DNA of 64,000 nucleotides from a bacterium (GTDB lineage: Bacteria > Electryoneota > Electryoneia > Electryoneales > Electryoneaceae): positions 3,072,001 to 3,136,000 of the forward strand of contig OY769902.1 of assembly GCA_963669175.1 (NCBI GenBank), written 5' to 3'. A program made the translations under genes and the position numbers. Below, piece after piece: positions 19,145 to 28,591 of this stretch (position 1 is the first letter of the stretch; the number at the start of each line of letters is the position of its first letter). The notes under the pieces are model-generated. The model was not told where the DNA came from. It did not search any database and saw only the letters and a program-made list of their open reading frames with translations.

Positions 19145-20098
19145 ATGCCAGAAGTAACGATAGACGGCAAGAAGGTAGAGGTTCCGAACGGGACGACGAT
19201 CCTGTGGGCGGCGCGTAAGGCCGGAGTAGAGATTCCGACTTACTGTTACTACCCCTGGTTCCCACCGTCGGGCAACTGCCGCATTTGCCTTGTTGAATGC
19301 TGGGGCCCGCGTGGTGGCGAATTGGTGCCTTTCCCCAAGCTTCAGATTGCTTGCCAGACGCCCGTATCGGACGGCATGGTGGTTGAAACGAACAACGAGC
19401 GTGTGTTCAAAGCACGGCGCGGAGTCATGGAATTCCTGCTGCTGCATCACCCGCTGGATTGTCCGATTTGTGACCAGGCCGGAGAGTGCGACCTGCAGGA
19501 CTATGGCTACAAATATGGCCATCCGGTTGGGCATAACCGGCATGAACGGCGCACTTTCAAGAAATCCGACTATGGTGACAAGGTTTCCCGGGAAATGAAT
19601 CGTTGTATTCATTGCCGCCGGTGCATTCGGCTGAGTGAGGGGTACCTGGGGGTGAGCCATATTGGTGCACTCCATCGTGGAGATCACTGCGAGATCGGTT
19701 CCTGGGTGGAAGGTCCGCTGGAGAGCGAATGGGCTGGTAACATCATCGATGTCTGCCCGGTAGGCTGCCTGACCGACAAGAAAATGCGCTTCAGTGTGCG
19801 TGCCTGGGATCTGGAACATGTCCCGGCGCATCGTAAAGACTGCAAGCATGGTTGCAAGGCGCTGTTGGGACTGTATCGTGGTAAGATTTACCGTGTCACG
19901 GCCCGCTTCGACGATCATCATGTCATGAAAAGCCTGATCTGCGACGAATGCCGTTTCGAGCATTACAATCTCGACGATTGGGTGATTGACGAAGATGATA
20001 TCCATACGCCACTTCCGGCCGATCAGAAGATCATGAAGGTCGAAATGGCGGAAAAGAAGCTCCAACAGGAGGCCGAAAAGGAGAACAAGGATGATTGA
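19145..20098 (+). CDS. nuoG: NADH-quinone oxidoreductase subunit G, short Fe-S-only form
   Basis: GNCRICLVE (N1b), HPLDCPICDQAGEC (N5), CIHCRRC (N4); 317 aa; overlaps the nuoH start. Confidence 0.9.
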   Translation: MPEVTIDGKKVEVPNGTTILWAARKAGVEIPTYCYYPWFPPSGNCRICLVECWGPRGGELVPFPKLQIACQTPVSDGMVVETNNERVFKARRGVMEFLLLHHPLDCPICDQAGECDLQDYGYKYGHPVGHNRHERRTFKKSDYGDKVSREMNRCIHCRRCIRLSEGYLGVSHIGALHRGDHCEIGSWVEGPLESEWAGNIIDVCPVGCLTDKKMRFSVRAWDLEHVPAHRKDCKHGCKALLGLYRGKIYRVTARFDDHHVMKSLICDECRFEHYNLDDWVIDEDDIHTPLPADQKIMKVEMAEKKLQQEAEKENKDD

Positions 20099-21161
20099 GT
20101 TCAATACTGAGCTGCTCCTGTTCGTGCTGGAAAAATGCATCGTCGCCGGGTTCATCTTCGTGGTTGTGCTTGGTGTGGTGGCGTATGCAACCCTCGGTGA
20201 ACGCAAGATCGCGGGCTGGTTCCAGGATCGTCATGGACCGAACCGTGCGGGGCCCTGGGGACTGTTGCAGCCGATTGCTGACGGTATCAAGTTCTTCATG
20301 AAAGAAGACTTTATTCCGGATCATGCACATAAAACATTGTTCATCATAGCGCCGACTTTCACCTTTATGGGCGCCGGTTTCCTGATGGCAGTCATCCCGT
20401 TCGGCGACCGGATGATGATCTTCGGACGCGATGTGATGCTGCAGATCGCTGACATCCATATCGGTATCCTGTACATTCTCGCTATCAGTGGCATGAGCGT
20501 GTACGGTCTTACCATCGGTGGCTGGGCGTCGAACAACAAATATTCTCTTATGGGTGGCGTTCGTGCCATCAGCCAGGTGATTTCCTATGAAATCCCGGTT
20601 GGTCTGGCATTGATCGCGCTTCTGATGGACCAGGGAACAACGTCCCTGCGTGAGATGGTGTTGAACCAGGGCGGTGGCATCTGGCACTGGAATGTGTTCA
20701 GTCAACCGTTGGGCTTCATCATTTTCTACGTGGCGTCGTTTGCTGAAGCGGGACGTATTCCGTTCGACCTGCCGGAAGCTGAAAACGAGCTGGTTGGCGG
20801 GTATCACACAGAATACTCGTCCATGAAATTCGGTCTTTTCCAGTTCGGTGAATATACCCATATGACCTTGGCCAGCGGCATTATCGCCACCCTGTATTTC
20901 GGCGGCTGGCAGATCCCGTTTGTCACGCCTCCGGCGGACCCGGGCATCATCTGGGGCCTCCTGACCTTTGCCGTATTCTGGATTAAAGCCTGTTTCTTCA
21001 TCTTTGTTTTCATGTGGGTACGCTGGACTATCCCGCGCTTCCGATATGATCAACTGATGCGGGTAGGGTGGAAGTCCTTGATTCCTTTTGGTATCCTGAA
21101 CATCGTCCTTACAGCTGTCCTGTTGCTCGTCGCGCAGCACCTCGGCTGGGCTGGGCAGTAA
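20091..21161 (+). CDS. nuoH: NADH-quinone oxidoreductase subunit H
   Basis: GPNRAGPWGLLQPIADG.K, PFDLPEAENELVGGYHTEYS. Confidence 0.97.
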   Translation: MIEFNTELLLFVLEKCIVAGFIFVVVLGVVAYATLGERKIAGWFQDRHGPNRAGPWGLLQPIADGIKFFMKEDFIPDHAHKTLFIIAPTFTFMGAGFLMAVIPFGDRMMIFGRDVMLQIADIHIGILYILAISGMSVYGLTIGGWASNNKYSLMGGVRAISQVISYEIPVGLALIALLMDQGTTSLREMVLNQGGGIWHWNVFSQPLGFIIFYVASFAEAGRIPFDLPEAENELVGGYHTEYSSMKFGLFQFGEYTHMTLASGIIATLYFGGWQIPFVTPPADPGIIWGLLTFAVFWIKACFFIFVFMWVRWTIPRFRYDQLMRVGWKSLIPFGILNIVLTAVLLLVAQHLGWAGQ

Positions 21162-21163
21162 GT

Positions 21164-21644
21164 CTCACAGGATATTAGGATAAAAGGATATCAAGGATGA
21201 AAAACTAATGGAAAAGAAAAGCTTTGTTAATGAAGAACTGACAAAGAAAATTATTGGTATATGTTATAAAGTACAAAATGAGCTTGGTGCAGGATTTTTG
21301 GAAAGTGTGTACCATAATGCTCTTCTAATAGCTTTGCGAGATGAAGGTTTTTCAGTTGAAAGTGAAAAACGATTAAAAGTGCATTTTCATGGTAAAGAAG
21401 TAGGAACGTTTTTCGCTGATATTGTTGTTGAAGGGAAAGTTTTAATTGAGTTGAAAGCAGTTGAAGAATTGAAAAGTGATCATAAAGCCCAAGTAGTTAA
21501 CTATCTGAAAGCGTCATCAATAGAAACAGGTTTACTTGTTAATTTTGGAAAGCAGAGAGTTCAGATTAGCAGGTTGTATAAACCAGAAAAGCAAAGTAGT
21601 TAAGTTTTTATCCTTAACATCTTTGTATCCTAATATCCTGTGAG
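21164..21644 (+). mobile_element. Putative inserted cassette: AGGAT inverted arms (21164-21206, 21603-21644) enclosing a GxxExxY gene
   Basis: First 19 bp of the arms perfectly inverted, the rest nearly so; AT-rich interior; interrupts nuoH-nuoI. Confidence 0.75.
21208..21603 (+). CDS. GxxExxY protein (PD-(D/E)xK nuclease superfamily)
   Basis: GFLESVY, ADIVVEGKVLIELK, AQVVNYL, GLLVNFG; 131 aa; about one-third GC in lines counted. Confidence 0.92.
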   Translation: MEKKSFVNEELTKKIIGICYKVQNELGAGFLESVYHNALLIALRDEGFSVESEKRLKVHFHGKEVGTFFADIVVEGKVLIELKAVEELKSDHKAQVVNYLKASSIETGLLVNFGKQRVQISRLYKPEKQSS

Positions 21645-21696
21645 TCCCGTTGCATCCTGTTGATAGATGAGGATGTGGTTAGAGGAGGAAAGAGTA

Positions 21697-22224
21697 GTGC
21701 AGGACAACACACAAGATCGTTACCGCAAATACGACTTGACGCTGATGGAGAAGCTGTACATCCCGGCGATCATGAAGGGTATGGGTGTCACACTTTCCCA
21801 CTTCTTCAAGTGCGGATTCGGATTCGGTCCGGGCACAGTCACCGTACAGTACCCGGAACAGAAGCTTCCAATCAGCCATCGTTGGCGTGGACGTCATACC
21901 CTGAAGCGTGACGAGTTCGGCCGTGAACGCTGCGTTGGCTGCCAGATGTGTGAGCTGGCCTGCCCTGCGGACGCCATTACGATCCAGGCGGGCGAGGTTC
22001 CCCCGGAACGGCGGCATCTGCACCCGACGGAACGTTATGCGATTACCTACGAGATCGACATGCTGCGCTGCATTTACTGCGGCGACTGTGAAGAAGCCTG
22101 CCCGGAAGCGGCCATCTTCATGACTCCGTTCTACGAATTTGTAGCGGACAGCAGGGATAAACTGATCTATACCAAGGAAATGCTGACCGAGAAAGAAGGC
22201 GGTCCGATTTTCTACAAAGACTGA
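21697..22224 (+). CDS. nuoI: NADH-quinone oxidoreductase subunit I
   Basis: CVGCQMCELACP, CIYCGDCEEACP; GGAGG RBS before GTG 21697. Confidence 0.95.
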   Translation: MQDNTQDRYRKYDLTLMEKLYIPAIMKGMGVTLSHFFKCGFGFGPGTVTVQYPEQKLPISHRWRGRHTLKRDEFGRERCVGCQMCELACPADAITIQAGEVPPERRHLHPTERYAITYEIDMLRCIYCGDCEEACPEAAIFMTPFYEFVADSRDKLIYTKEMLTEKEGGPIFYKD

Positions 22225-22233
22225 TTGATTGCT

Positions 22234-22361
22234 TAACAGGATGCAAGGATAAAAGGATATAAAAGATAAGAATAATTCGTTGCTATTATAAAAGTTAGCA
22301 TGTTTTTACGGAAAAGAAAGAGGTTTTATCCTTATCATCCTATCATCCTAATATCCTGTTA
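22234..22361. repeat. Empty AGGAT-arm cassette between nuoI and nuoJ
   Basis: Left arm 22234-22271 and inverted right arm 22324-22361 around ~52 AT-rich nt. Confidence 0.8.
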
Positions 22362-22406
22362 GAAAACTTGTTGTTGAAACGAAAAACCACATACGTGGGA
22401 TCTGCG

Positions 22407-22916
22407 ATGCAAGGTTTGATGTTCATGGGTACAGCCGGGATTGCGGTGTTCAGTGCGATCATGATGATCACACGGAAGAACCCGATCGCGAGCATCATGT
22501 ACCTCTTGCTGACCTTTTTCTGTTTCGCGTCGATTTATGTGATTCTCGGCGCCCAGTTCCTTGCTGCGGTCCAGCTAATCGTTTACGGCGGAGCGATTTT
22601 GATTCTGTTCCTGTTCGTAGTGATGTTGCTGAACCTTCGCGAAGGGGAAATGGAAGAAAAGCCAGCCCCGGTATGGAAGACGCTCGGTTTTGTATTGGGT
22701 GTCGGCATGATGCTGGTCGCGTTGTCTTACATCGTACGCACACCCGAAACCGTGGCGCATGTGGAAGCCTCACGTGAGCTGTTCGCGATGGGACGGGTAG
22801 ACTTCATCGGCAAGGCGCTGTTTACCGAGTTCGTGTTCCCGTTTGAAGTCGCGGGCGTATTGTTGCTGGCAGCGGTGGTTGGTGCGGTTGCACTGGCGAA
22901 AAAGAACAGGGCATGA
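22407..22916 (+). CDS. nuoJ: NADH-quinone oxidoreductase subunit J
   Basis: [31 protein letters not shown]. Confidence 0.95.
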   Translation: MQGLMFMGTAGIAVFSAIMMITRKNPIASIMYLLLTFFCFASIYVILGAQFLAAVQLIVYGGAILILFLFVVMLLNLREGEMEEKPAPVWKTLGFVLGVGMMLVALSYIVRTPETVAHVEASRELFAMGRVDFIGKALFTEFVFPFEVAGVLLLAAVVGAVALAKKNRA

Positions 22917-23224
22917 TCATGGAAATCACGTTGAACCATTACCTGTTGCTGGCTGGTGTCATCTTTTTCATCGGTGTGATGGGAGTGCTGACCCGCCGCA
23001 ACGTGCTGATCATCCTGATGTCAACGGAGCTGATGCTGAATTCGGCCAACATCGCCCTGGTGGCGTTCAGTCATTACCTGCATCACATACAGGGAATGAT
23101 GTTCGTGCTGTTCACCATGACGGTTGCTGCGGCTGAAGTCGGTGTTGGACTGGCGATTGTCATCACACTGTTCCGGAACAAGCGGACAGTGGATGTCAGC
23201 AATTTCAACATTTTGAAGTGGTAA
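22913..23224 (+). CDS. nuoK: NADH-quinone oxidoreductase subunit K
   Basis: RRN...[20 protein letters not shown]. Confidence 0.95.
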   Translation: MIMEITLNHYLLLAGVIFFIGVMGVLTRRNVLIILMSTELMLNSANIALVAFSHYLHHIQGMMFVLFTMTVAAAEVGVGLAIVITLFRNKRTVDVSNFNILKW

Positions 23225-23335
23225 ATACCGGTACGAAGTCAGTACCGATGTAGGGATAAAGCAGTATTGCCCGTAAAGCAGTGTCGCGGGCGCCCTGATT
23301 AGGAACATTCAACCTGGTTGTCAGGGAGGAGCACC

Positions 23336-25357
23336 GTGGAGCACACGGTATCGATGTCTTACGCAGTATGGATCGTCCTGTTTCCCCTGATCGGAGTCCT
23401 GTTGTGGGGGCTGGTCCTTCGGAAGATGCCTGAGAAGGTCGTCGGATTCGGCGCGAGCCTGATGATTCTTCTGTCTTTCGGAGTCGCTGTTGCCCTCACC
23501 ATGAAGCTGGCAAGCCTTGATCCGCACCATCGTGTGGTGGAAGTGGAAATCTTCCGTTGGATCACGGCAGGCGGCCTCAATCTCGACTTCGCATTTTTAA
23601 TCGATCCGCTGAGTTGTGTGATGATGTTAGTCGTCACCGGGATCAGTTTCCTGATCCACGTCTACTCGATCGGTTATATGCATGGGGACAGCCGATTCTC
23701 TCTGTTCTTCACCTACCTGAACCTGTTCGTCTTTTTCATGCTGATCCTGGTTCTGGGGAACAACATGCCGATCCTGTTCATTGGATGGGAGGGTGTGGGG
23801 CTCTGCAGCTATCTGTTGATCGGTTTCTGGTGGGAAGACCAGAATAAGGCGGAAGCAGGGATGAAGGCGTTCGTGGTGAACCGTATTGGCGACTTCGGCA
23901 TGTTGATCGCCATGTTCATGCTGTTCCATTATCTTGGAACGCTTCAGTTCACCGAAATGCATCCGGCGGCGGCGAAGCTGTGGGGACACAATATTGGCGC
24001 GTTGTCCATCACGGTTATCACGTTGTCCCTGTTGCTCGGCGCCACAGGTAAGTCAGCACAGATTCCACTGTTCGTCTGGTTGCCGGACGCCATGGCAGGC
24101 CCGACCCCGGTCAGCGCCCTGATCCATGCCGCGACCATGGTGACGGCGGGTGTTTACATGATTGCCCGCAACGCCACCCTGTTCGCCTTGTCGCCTGTCG
24201 GCATGAGCGCAGTTGCCCTGATTGGTGCAACGACCGCCATCTTCGCGGCGACGATCGGCCTGAAGCAGATGGATATCAAGAAAGTGCTGGCATATTCGAC
24301 GGTCAGTCAGCTTGGGTACATGGTGATGGCGTGTGGTGTCGGCGCGTTTACCGCCGGCGTCTTCCATCTGATGACTCACGCGTTCTTCAAGGCGCTGTTA
24401 TTCCTTGCTTCGGGCGCAGTGATTCACACCATGCACGGTGCATTGCATCATGTCCATGACCACCACACGGACCCGCAGGACATGCGGAACATGGGGGGGC
24501 TGGGCAAGCATATCAAGCTGACTTATGCCGTGTTCCTGGTGGCGACGCTGGCAATTGCCGGTATCCCGGGCCTGTCCGGTTTCTTCTCCAAGGATGAGAT
24601 CCTGGCTCATGCTTACCTGTCTGCCGTCCATGAGCACAACCCGGTTGGCCTGATCGCCTGGGCGCTTGGCCTGATGGCGGCGGGTATTACGGCTTTCTAC
24701 ATGTTCCGTCTTGTATTCCTGACATTCCATGGCCGTTACAAAGGCCCGGAAGGTTCGGAGAAGGCGCTTCATGAGAGCCCGGCCGTAATGATGATCCCGC
24801 TGGTCGTGCTGGCGTTCCTGTCGCTCGTTGGTGGTTATGTCGGCGTTCCGCATCTGCCGCCGTTACCGCATATCCCGCATTACCTGGGTGACTGGCTTGC
24901 CCCGGTATTCCACCATGCGCATGAAATCCTCAATGAGGTTCATGGGCTGCATCATACTCCTCACTTGAGTACGGTTGAGGAATGGGTGCTGGTGTGCGCG
25001 AGCGTAGTGGTGGCGTTGCTGGGTATCTTCGGCGCGTATGTGGTCTACATGGTCATGCGTGCGGAAGCGAAGCCGAACGAGTCGCAGGAAGGTTTCGGCA
25101 AGACCCTGTTCAACAAGTACTACGTTGACGAAATATACCATGCGGTCGTTATTCGTCCGTTGATTGGCTTATGCCGGCTGGCGTGGAAATACTTCGACGC
25201 CGGATTCATTGACGGCGGCCTGGTCCTGGGAACTGCAAAAACGGTACGGTGGTTCGGCGCTCCGTTGCGTCGTCTGCAAACCGGCATCGTGGCCAATTAT
25301 GCCTTCTGGCTGGCCGCCGGTGTTTTCGCCGTACTGATTGTGTTCCTGATCCATTAA
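23336..25357 (+). CDS. nuoL: NADH-quinone oxidoreductase subunit L
   Basis: GKSAQIPL..WLPDAMAGPTPVSALIHAATMV; GGAGG before GTG 23336 (start uncertain). Confidence 0.95.
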   Translation: MEHTVSMSYAVWIVLFPLIGVLLWGLVLRKMPEKVVGFGASLMILLSFGVAVALTMKLASLDPHHRVVEVEIFRWITAGGLNLDFAFLIDPLSCVMMLVVTGISFLIHVYSIGYMHGDSRFSLFFTYLNLFVFFMLILVLGNNMPILFIGWEGVGLCSYLLIGFWWEDQNKAEAGMKAFVVNRIGDFGMLIAMFMLFHYLGTLQFTEMHPAAAKLWGHNIGALSITVITLSLLLGATGKSAQIPLFVWLPDAMAGPTPVSALIHAATMVTAGVYMIARNATLFALSPVGMSAVALIGATTAIFAATIGLKQMDIKKVLAYSTVSQLGYMVMACGVGAFTAGVFHLMTHAFFKALLFLASGAVIHTMHGALHHVHDHHTDPQDMRNMGGLGKHIKLTYAVFLVATLAIAGIPGLSGFFSKDEILAHAYLSAVHEHNPVGLIAWALGLMAAGITAFYMFRLVFLTFHGRYKGPEGSEKALHESPAVMMIPLVVLAFLSLVGGYVGVPHLPPLPHIPHYLGDWLAPVFHHAHEILNEVHGLHHTPHLSTVEEWVLVCASVVVALLGIFGAYVVYMVMRAEAKPNESQEGFGKTLFNKYYVDEIYHAVVIRPLIGLCRLAWKYFDAGFIDGGLVLGTAKTVRWFGAPLRRLQTGIVANYAFWLAAGVFAVLIVFLIH

Positions 25358-25384
25358 TCGCTAAGAAGGGGTAGGGAGAACGCA

Positions 25385-26860
25385 ATGTCTCTCTGGTTGA
25401 CCGCCATAGTTTTTATACCCACACTGGGTGCGTTGCTGCTGCTGGTTTTCCCGGAAACGCAGGGCAAGCTGATCCGTACAGTCACGTTCATCGTGATGGC
25501 GCTGGATTTTGCGATCAGTCTGCCGCTGTTTTTCCTGTTTGACGCTTCCAGTCCCAACTTCCAGTTCATGGAAGTCTACGAGTGGGTACCTTCGCTGGGG
25601 ATCAAGTACATCCTTGGTGTGGATGGAATCAGCCTGTTGCTGGTTTTGCTGACGACTTTCCTTGGGCCGATTGTGGTCCTGGGCAGCACCAGCATCAAGA
25701 AGTCGCTGAGGGGGTACTTCGGCGCCATGCTGATTCTGCAAACGGGCATGTTGGGAACGTTCCTTTCACTGGACCTGTTCCTGTTCTACATCTTCTGGGA
25801 AGTCATGTTGATTCCGATGTATTTCCTCATCGGTGTATGGGGTGGTGTGGAACGTATCTATGCCGCGGTGAAGTTTTTCATTTATACCATGGTCGGCAGT
25901 CTGTTGATGCTGGTCGGTATTATCTGGATTTACTTCAACATCACCATTCCGGATGTAGGCCATACATTTGATTACCTGGCCCTGATGGAGCATACCAGGA
26001 ACATGCCGTTACCGGTAACGGCGCAGCTTTGGCTGTTTGCCGCGTTTGCGCTGGCATTCGCCATCAAAGTGCCGATGTTCCCGTTCCATACATGGTTGCC
26101 TGACGCACACGTACAGGCGCCAACCGCAGGTTCTGTCATCCTGGCCGGTGTGTTGCTGAAGATGGGAACCTACGGCTACGTCCGCTTTGCCATGCCGATG
26201 TTCCCGGAAGGTGTTGACTACTTCCGTCCGCTGATGCTGACCCTGGCTGTCATCGGCATCATCTACGGCGCGATGGTCAGCATTGTCCAGGTGGACATGA
26301 AGAAGCTGGTCGCGTACAGTTCCGTGAGTCACCTTGGTTTCGTGATGCTGGGCCTGTTCGCGCTGACCCCGGAAGGGGTGACCGGCGCGATGATCCAGAT
26401 GATCAACCACGGTCTTTCCACTGGCGCGTTGTTCCTCCTGGTAGGCGTGGTGTACGACCGCAGGCATACACGTATGATCGCCGAGTACGGCGGTATTGCG
26501 AAGATCATGCCCTGGTATGCGGCTGTGTTCATGCTGGTGATGTTGTCTTCGGTTGGTGTGCCGGGATTGAATGGGTTCGTGGGCGAATTCATGATCCTGA
26601 TCGGCACCTACGAGACAGCGCCATTGGCCGCGGTTTTGGGCGCATCCGGTGTCATCCTTGCGGCGGTTTACCTGCTGTGGATGTACCGTCGGGTCTTCTT
26701 TGGTGAAATCACCAATCCGGCGAATAAGTCCATGCCGGATCTGAAAATTGCGGAGTGGGCCAGCCTGCTGCCGCTGATCGTGTTCATCATCTGGATCGGC
26801 GTATATCCGAATACGTTCCTGTCCAAGATGACTGTGGCGATTGAACATTTCCTGAAATAG
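25385..26860 (+). CDS. nuoM: NADH-quinone oxidoreductase subunit M
   Basis: KVPMFPFHTWLPDAHVQAPT, LVAYSSVSHLG. Confidence 0.96.
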   Translation: MSLWLTAIVFIPTLGALLLLVFPETQGKLIRTVTFIVMALDFAISLPLFFLFDASSPNFQFMEVYEWVPSLGIKYILGVDGISLLLVLLTTFLGPIVVLGSTSIKKSLRGYFGAMLILQTGMLGTFLSLDLFLFYIFWEVMLIPMYFLIGVWGGVERIYAAVKFFIYTMVGSLLMLVGIIWIYFNITIPDVGHTFDYLALMEHTRNMPLPVTAQLWLFAAFALAFAIKVPMFPFHTWLPDAHVQAPTAGSVILAGVLLKMGTYGYVRFAMPMFPEGVDYFRPLMLTLAVIGIIYGAMVSIVQVDMKKLVAYSSVSHLGFVMLGLFALTPEGVTGAMIQMINHGLSTGALFLLVGVVYDRRHTRMIAEYGGIAKIMPWYAAVFMLVMLSSVGVPGLNGFVGEFMILIGTYETAPLAAVLGASGVILAAVYLLWMYRRVFFGEITNPANKSMPDLKIAEWASLLPLIVFIIWIGVYPNTFLSKMTVAIEHFLK

Positions 26861-26884
26861 CCCTCGAGGCGGGGGAGAAGGTTC

Positions 26885-28405
26885 ATGAACGAGACATTGA
26901 CCGCAGGCATGCATGTCGGTCGGATACTACCGGAAATCCTGGTTGTAGTCGTGGCGATGGTTGCGATCCTGGTGGATGTGATTCTGCCACGCGGCCGTTC
27001 GACCGGTGCAGTGCGGTTCGTCAGCCTGTTGGGCCTGATTGTCGTGCTGGGCGCAAGTTTCATGCAGCGTGACAACCTGGGACCGGCCTTCGGCGGGATG
27101 GTGCTGGTGGATAATTTCACCCTGTTTTTCCGGGTGATCCTCACCTTCGTCACCTTCATGGTCATTTTTGTCAGCGAACGCTATATCGAACTGCTGAAGA
27201 TGCGCATCGCCGAGTATTACCTGATGCTGCTCTTCGCCCTGTTCGGCATGATGCTGATGGTCATGGGGCAAGACCTGCTGATTATTTTCCTGGGTATTGA
27301 GACCATGTCGGTCTGCCTGTATACCCTGGTTGGCCTGAGTCGCCACAAGATGACCTCCAACGAAGGCGCGTTGAAGTATCTCCTGTTGGGTGCATTTACC
27401 ACAGGTTTCTTCATCTTCGGTATCGCCATGCTGTATGGTTCCATCGGCTTGACTGAGATTCCGGGAACGTCACAGCATTATGCGCCCACGACCCGTATCG
27501 ACAGCATCATGGTCTTCTTCATGACCGTGAATCATGTGCCGATGTTGACCTGGATCGGTGTGGCGTTTATCATGATTGCCTTCCTGTTCAAGGCAGCCAT
27601 TGTACCGTTCCACTGGTGGTCACCGGATGCATATGAAGGCGCTCCGACCACGATCACCGCTTTCATGTCAACCGCTCCGAAAGCAGCAGCCTTTGCCGCG
27701 TTCCTGCGTGTTTTCTACACCGGGTTCGGCACCATTGCGGTTGAGTGGACACAGATCCTCTGGTGGCTGGCCGTGATTACGATGACAGTCGGTAACCTGA
27801 TGGCGTTGCGTCAGGACAGCGTTAAGCGTATGCTGGCTTTCTCGAGTATCACCCATGCCGGTTACCTGTTGATGGCGTTCCTGTCTTTCCGTCCCGGTTC
27901 CTCCGATATGAACGGTGCGGCGGCGATCCTGTTCTACCTGGCGGTGTACGCCATTATGAACATCGGCGCTTTCGTGCTGGCGATTGGTGTGAACAAGGAT
28001 GAAGAAAAGGAAATCGGCTACAGCTTCGATGATTTCAAGGGACTTGCCAGCCGGAAACCATTACCGGCGTTCCTGATGCTGATTTTCATGCTGGCGCTTG
28101 CAGGTATTCCGCCGACAGCAGGATTCTTCGGGAAGTACTACCTGTTCCGTTCTGCAGTGGAAGCCGGGTATGTCGGTCTTGCTGTCATCGGTGTGCTGAA
28201 CAGTGCGGCGAGTGTGTATTACTACTTGCGTGTAGTAGTGAATATGTACATGCGCAAAGAAGATGATGAACGTCCTGCATCGCTTGGCTTCAATGGCGAT
28301 CTCATTCCGGTGGCAATCCTTTGTGCGTTGCTGATCCTGGCGCTGGGTATCCGTCCGGGAATGCTGCTGACAGCGGCACAAGTCAGCGTGTTGTCACTGA
28401 TGTAG
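26885..28405 (+). CDS. nuoN: NADH-quinone oxidoreductase subunit N
   Basis: FK...VPFH.W.PD.YEGAPT, KRMLAFSSI.HAG, LAGIPPTAGF.GK. Confidence 0.96.
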   Translation: MNETLTAGMHVGRILPEILVVVVAMVAILVDVILPRGRSTGAVRFVSLLGLIVVLGASFMQRDNLGPAFGGMVLVDNFTLFFRVILTFVTFMVIFVSERYIELLKMRIAEYYLMLLFALFGMMLMVMGQDLLIIFLGIETMSVCLYTLVGLSRHKMTSNEGALKYLLLGAFTTGFFIFGIAMLYGSIGLTEIPGTSQHYAPTTRIDSIMVFFMTVNHVPMLTWIGVAFIMIAFLFKAAIVPFHWWSPDAYEGAPTTITAFMSTAPKAAAFAAFLRVFYTGFGTIAVEWTQILWWLAVITMTVGNLMALRQDSVKRMLAFSSITHAGYLLMAFLSFRPGSSDMNGAAAILFYLAVYAIMNIGAFVLAIGVNKDEEKEIGYSFDDFKGLASRKPLPAFLMLIFMLALAGIPPTAGFFGKYYLFRSAVEAGYVGLAVIGVLNSAASVYYYLRVVVNMYMRKEDDERPASLGFNGDLIPVAILCALLILALGIRPGMLLTAAQVSVLSLM

Positions 28406-28429
28406 TTCTGCTGAGCAACAAGATTATTC

Positions 28430-28461
28430 AACGCGCTTCACATTGTGGGGCGTGTTTTTTT
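28430..28461 (+). terminator. nuo operon terminator
   Basis: AACGCGCTTCACA / TGTGGGGCGTGTT stem followed by a T run. Confidence 0.7.
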
Positions 28462-28591
28462 AATGCCAGTCTCTGCTTGCCGTAGATTCTCTGTTTGTTC
28501 CGGTATCGCCATGTGTGTTATTTCTCTGTTTTGCTGACAAGCAGAGGCGGTATTCCTGAAACCGCCCCGGCAGGGGCACCCTGTATTAGCC

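Noticed and set aside
21650-22246. 12-bp inverted match TTGCATCCTGTT / AACAGGATGCAA around nuoI, suggesting a mobile nuoI
   Set aside because: Explained as a fragment of the AGGAT arm family; nuoI is in its canonical position
8217-26914. Long antisense ORFs (e.g. 8217-9401, 15738-16823, 18995-20206, 20031-21140, 26009-26914)
   Set aside because: Shadow frames of GC-rich, codon-biased rnf/nuo genes with no recognisable motifs
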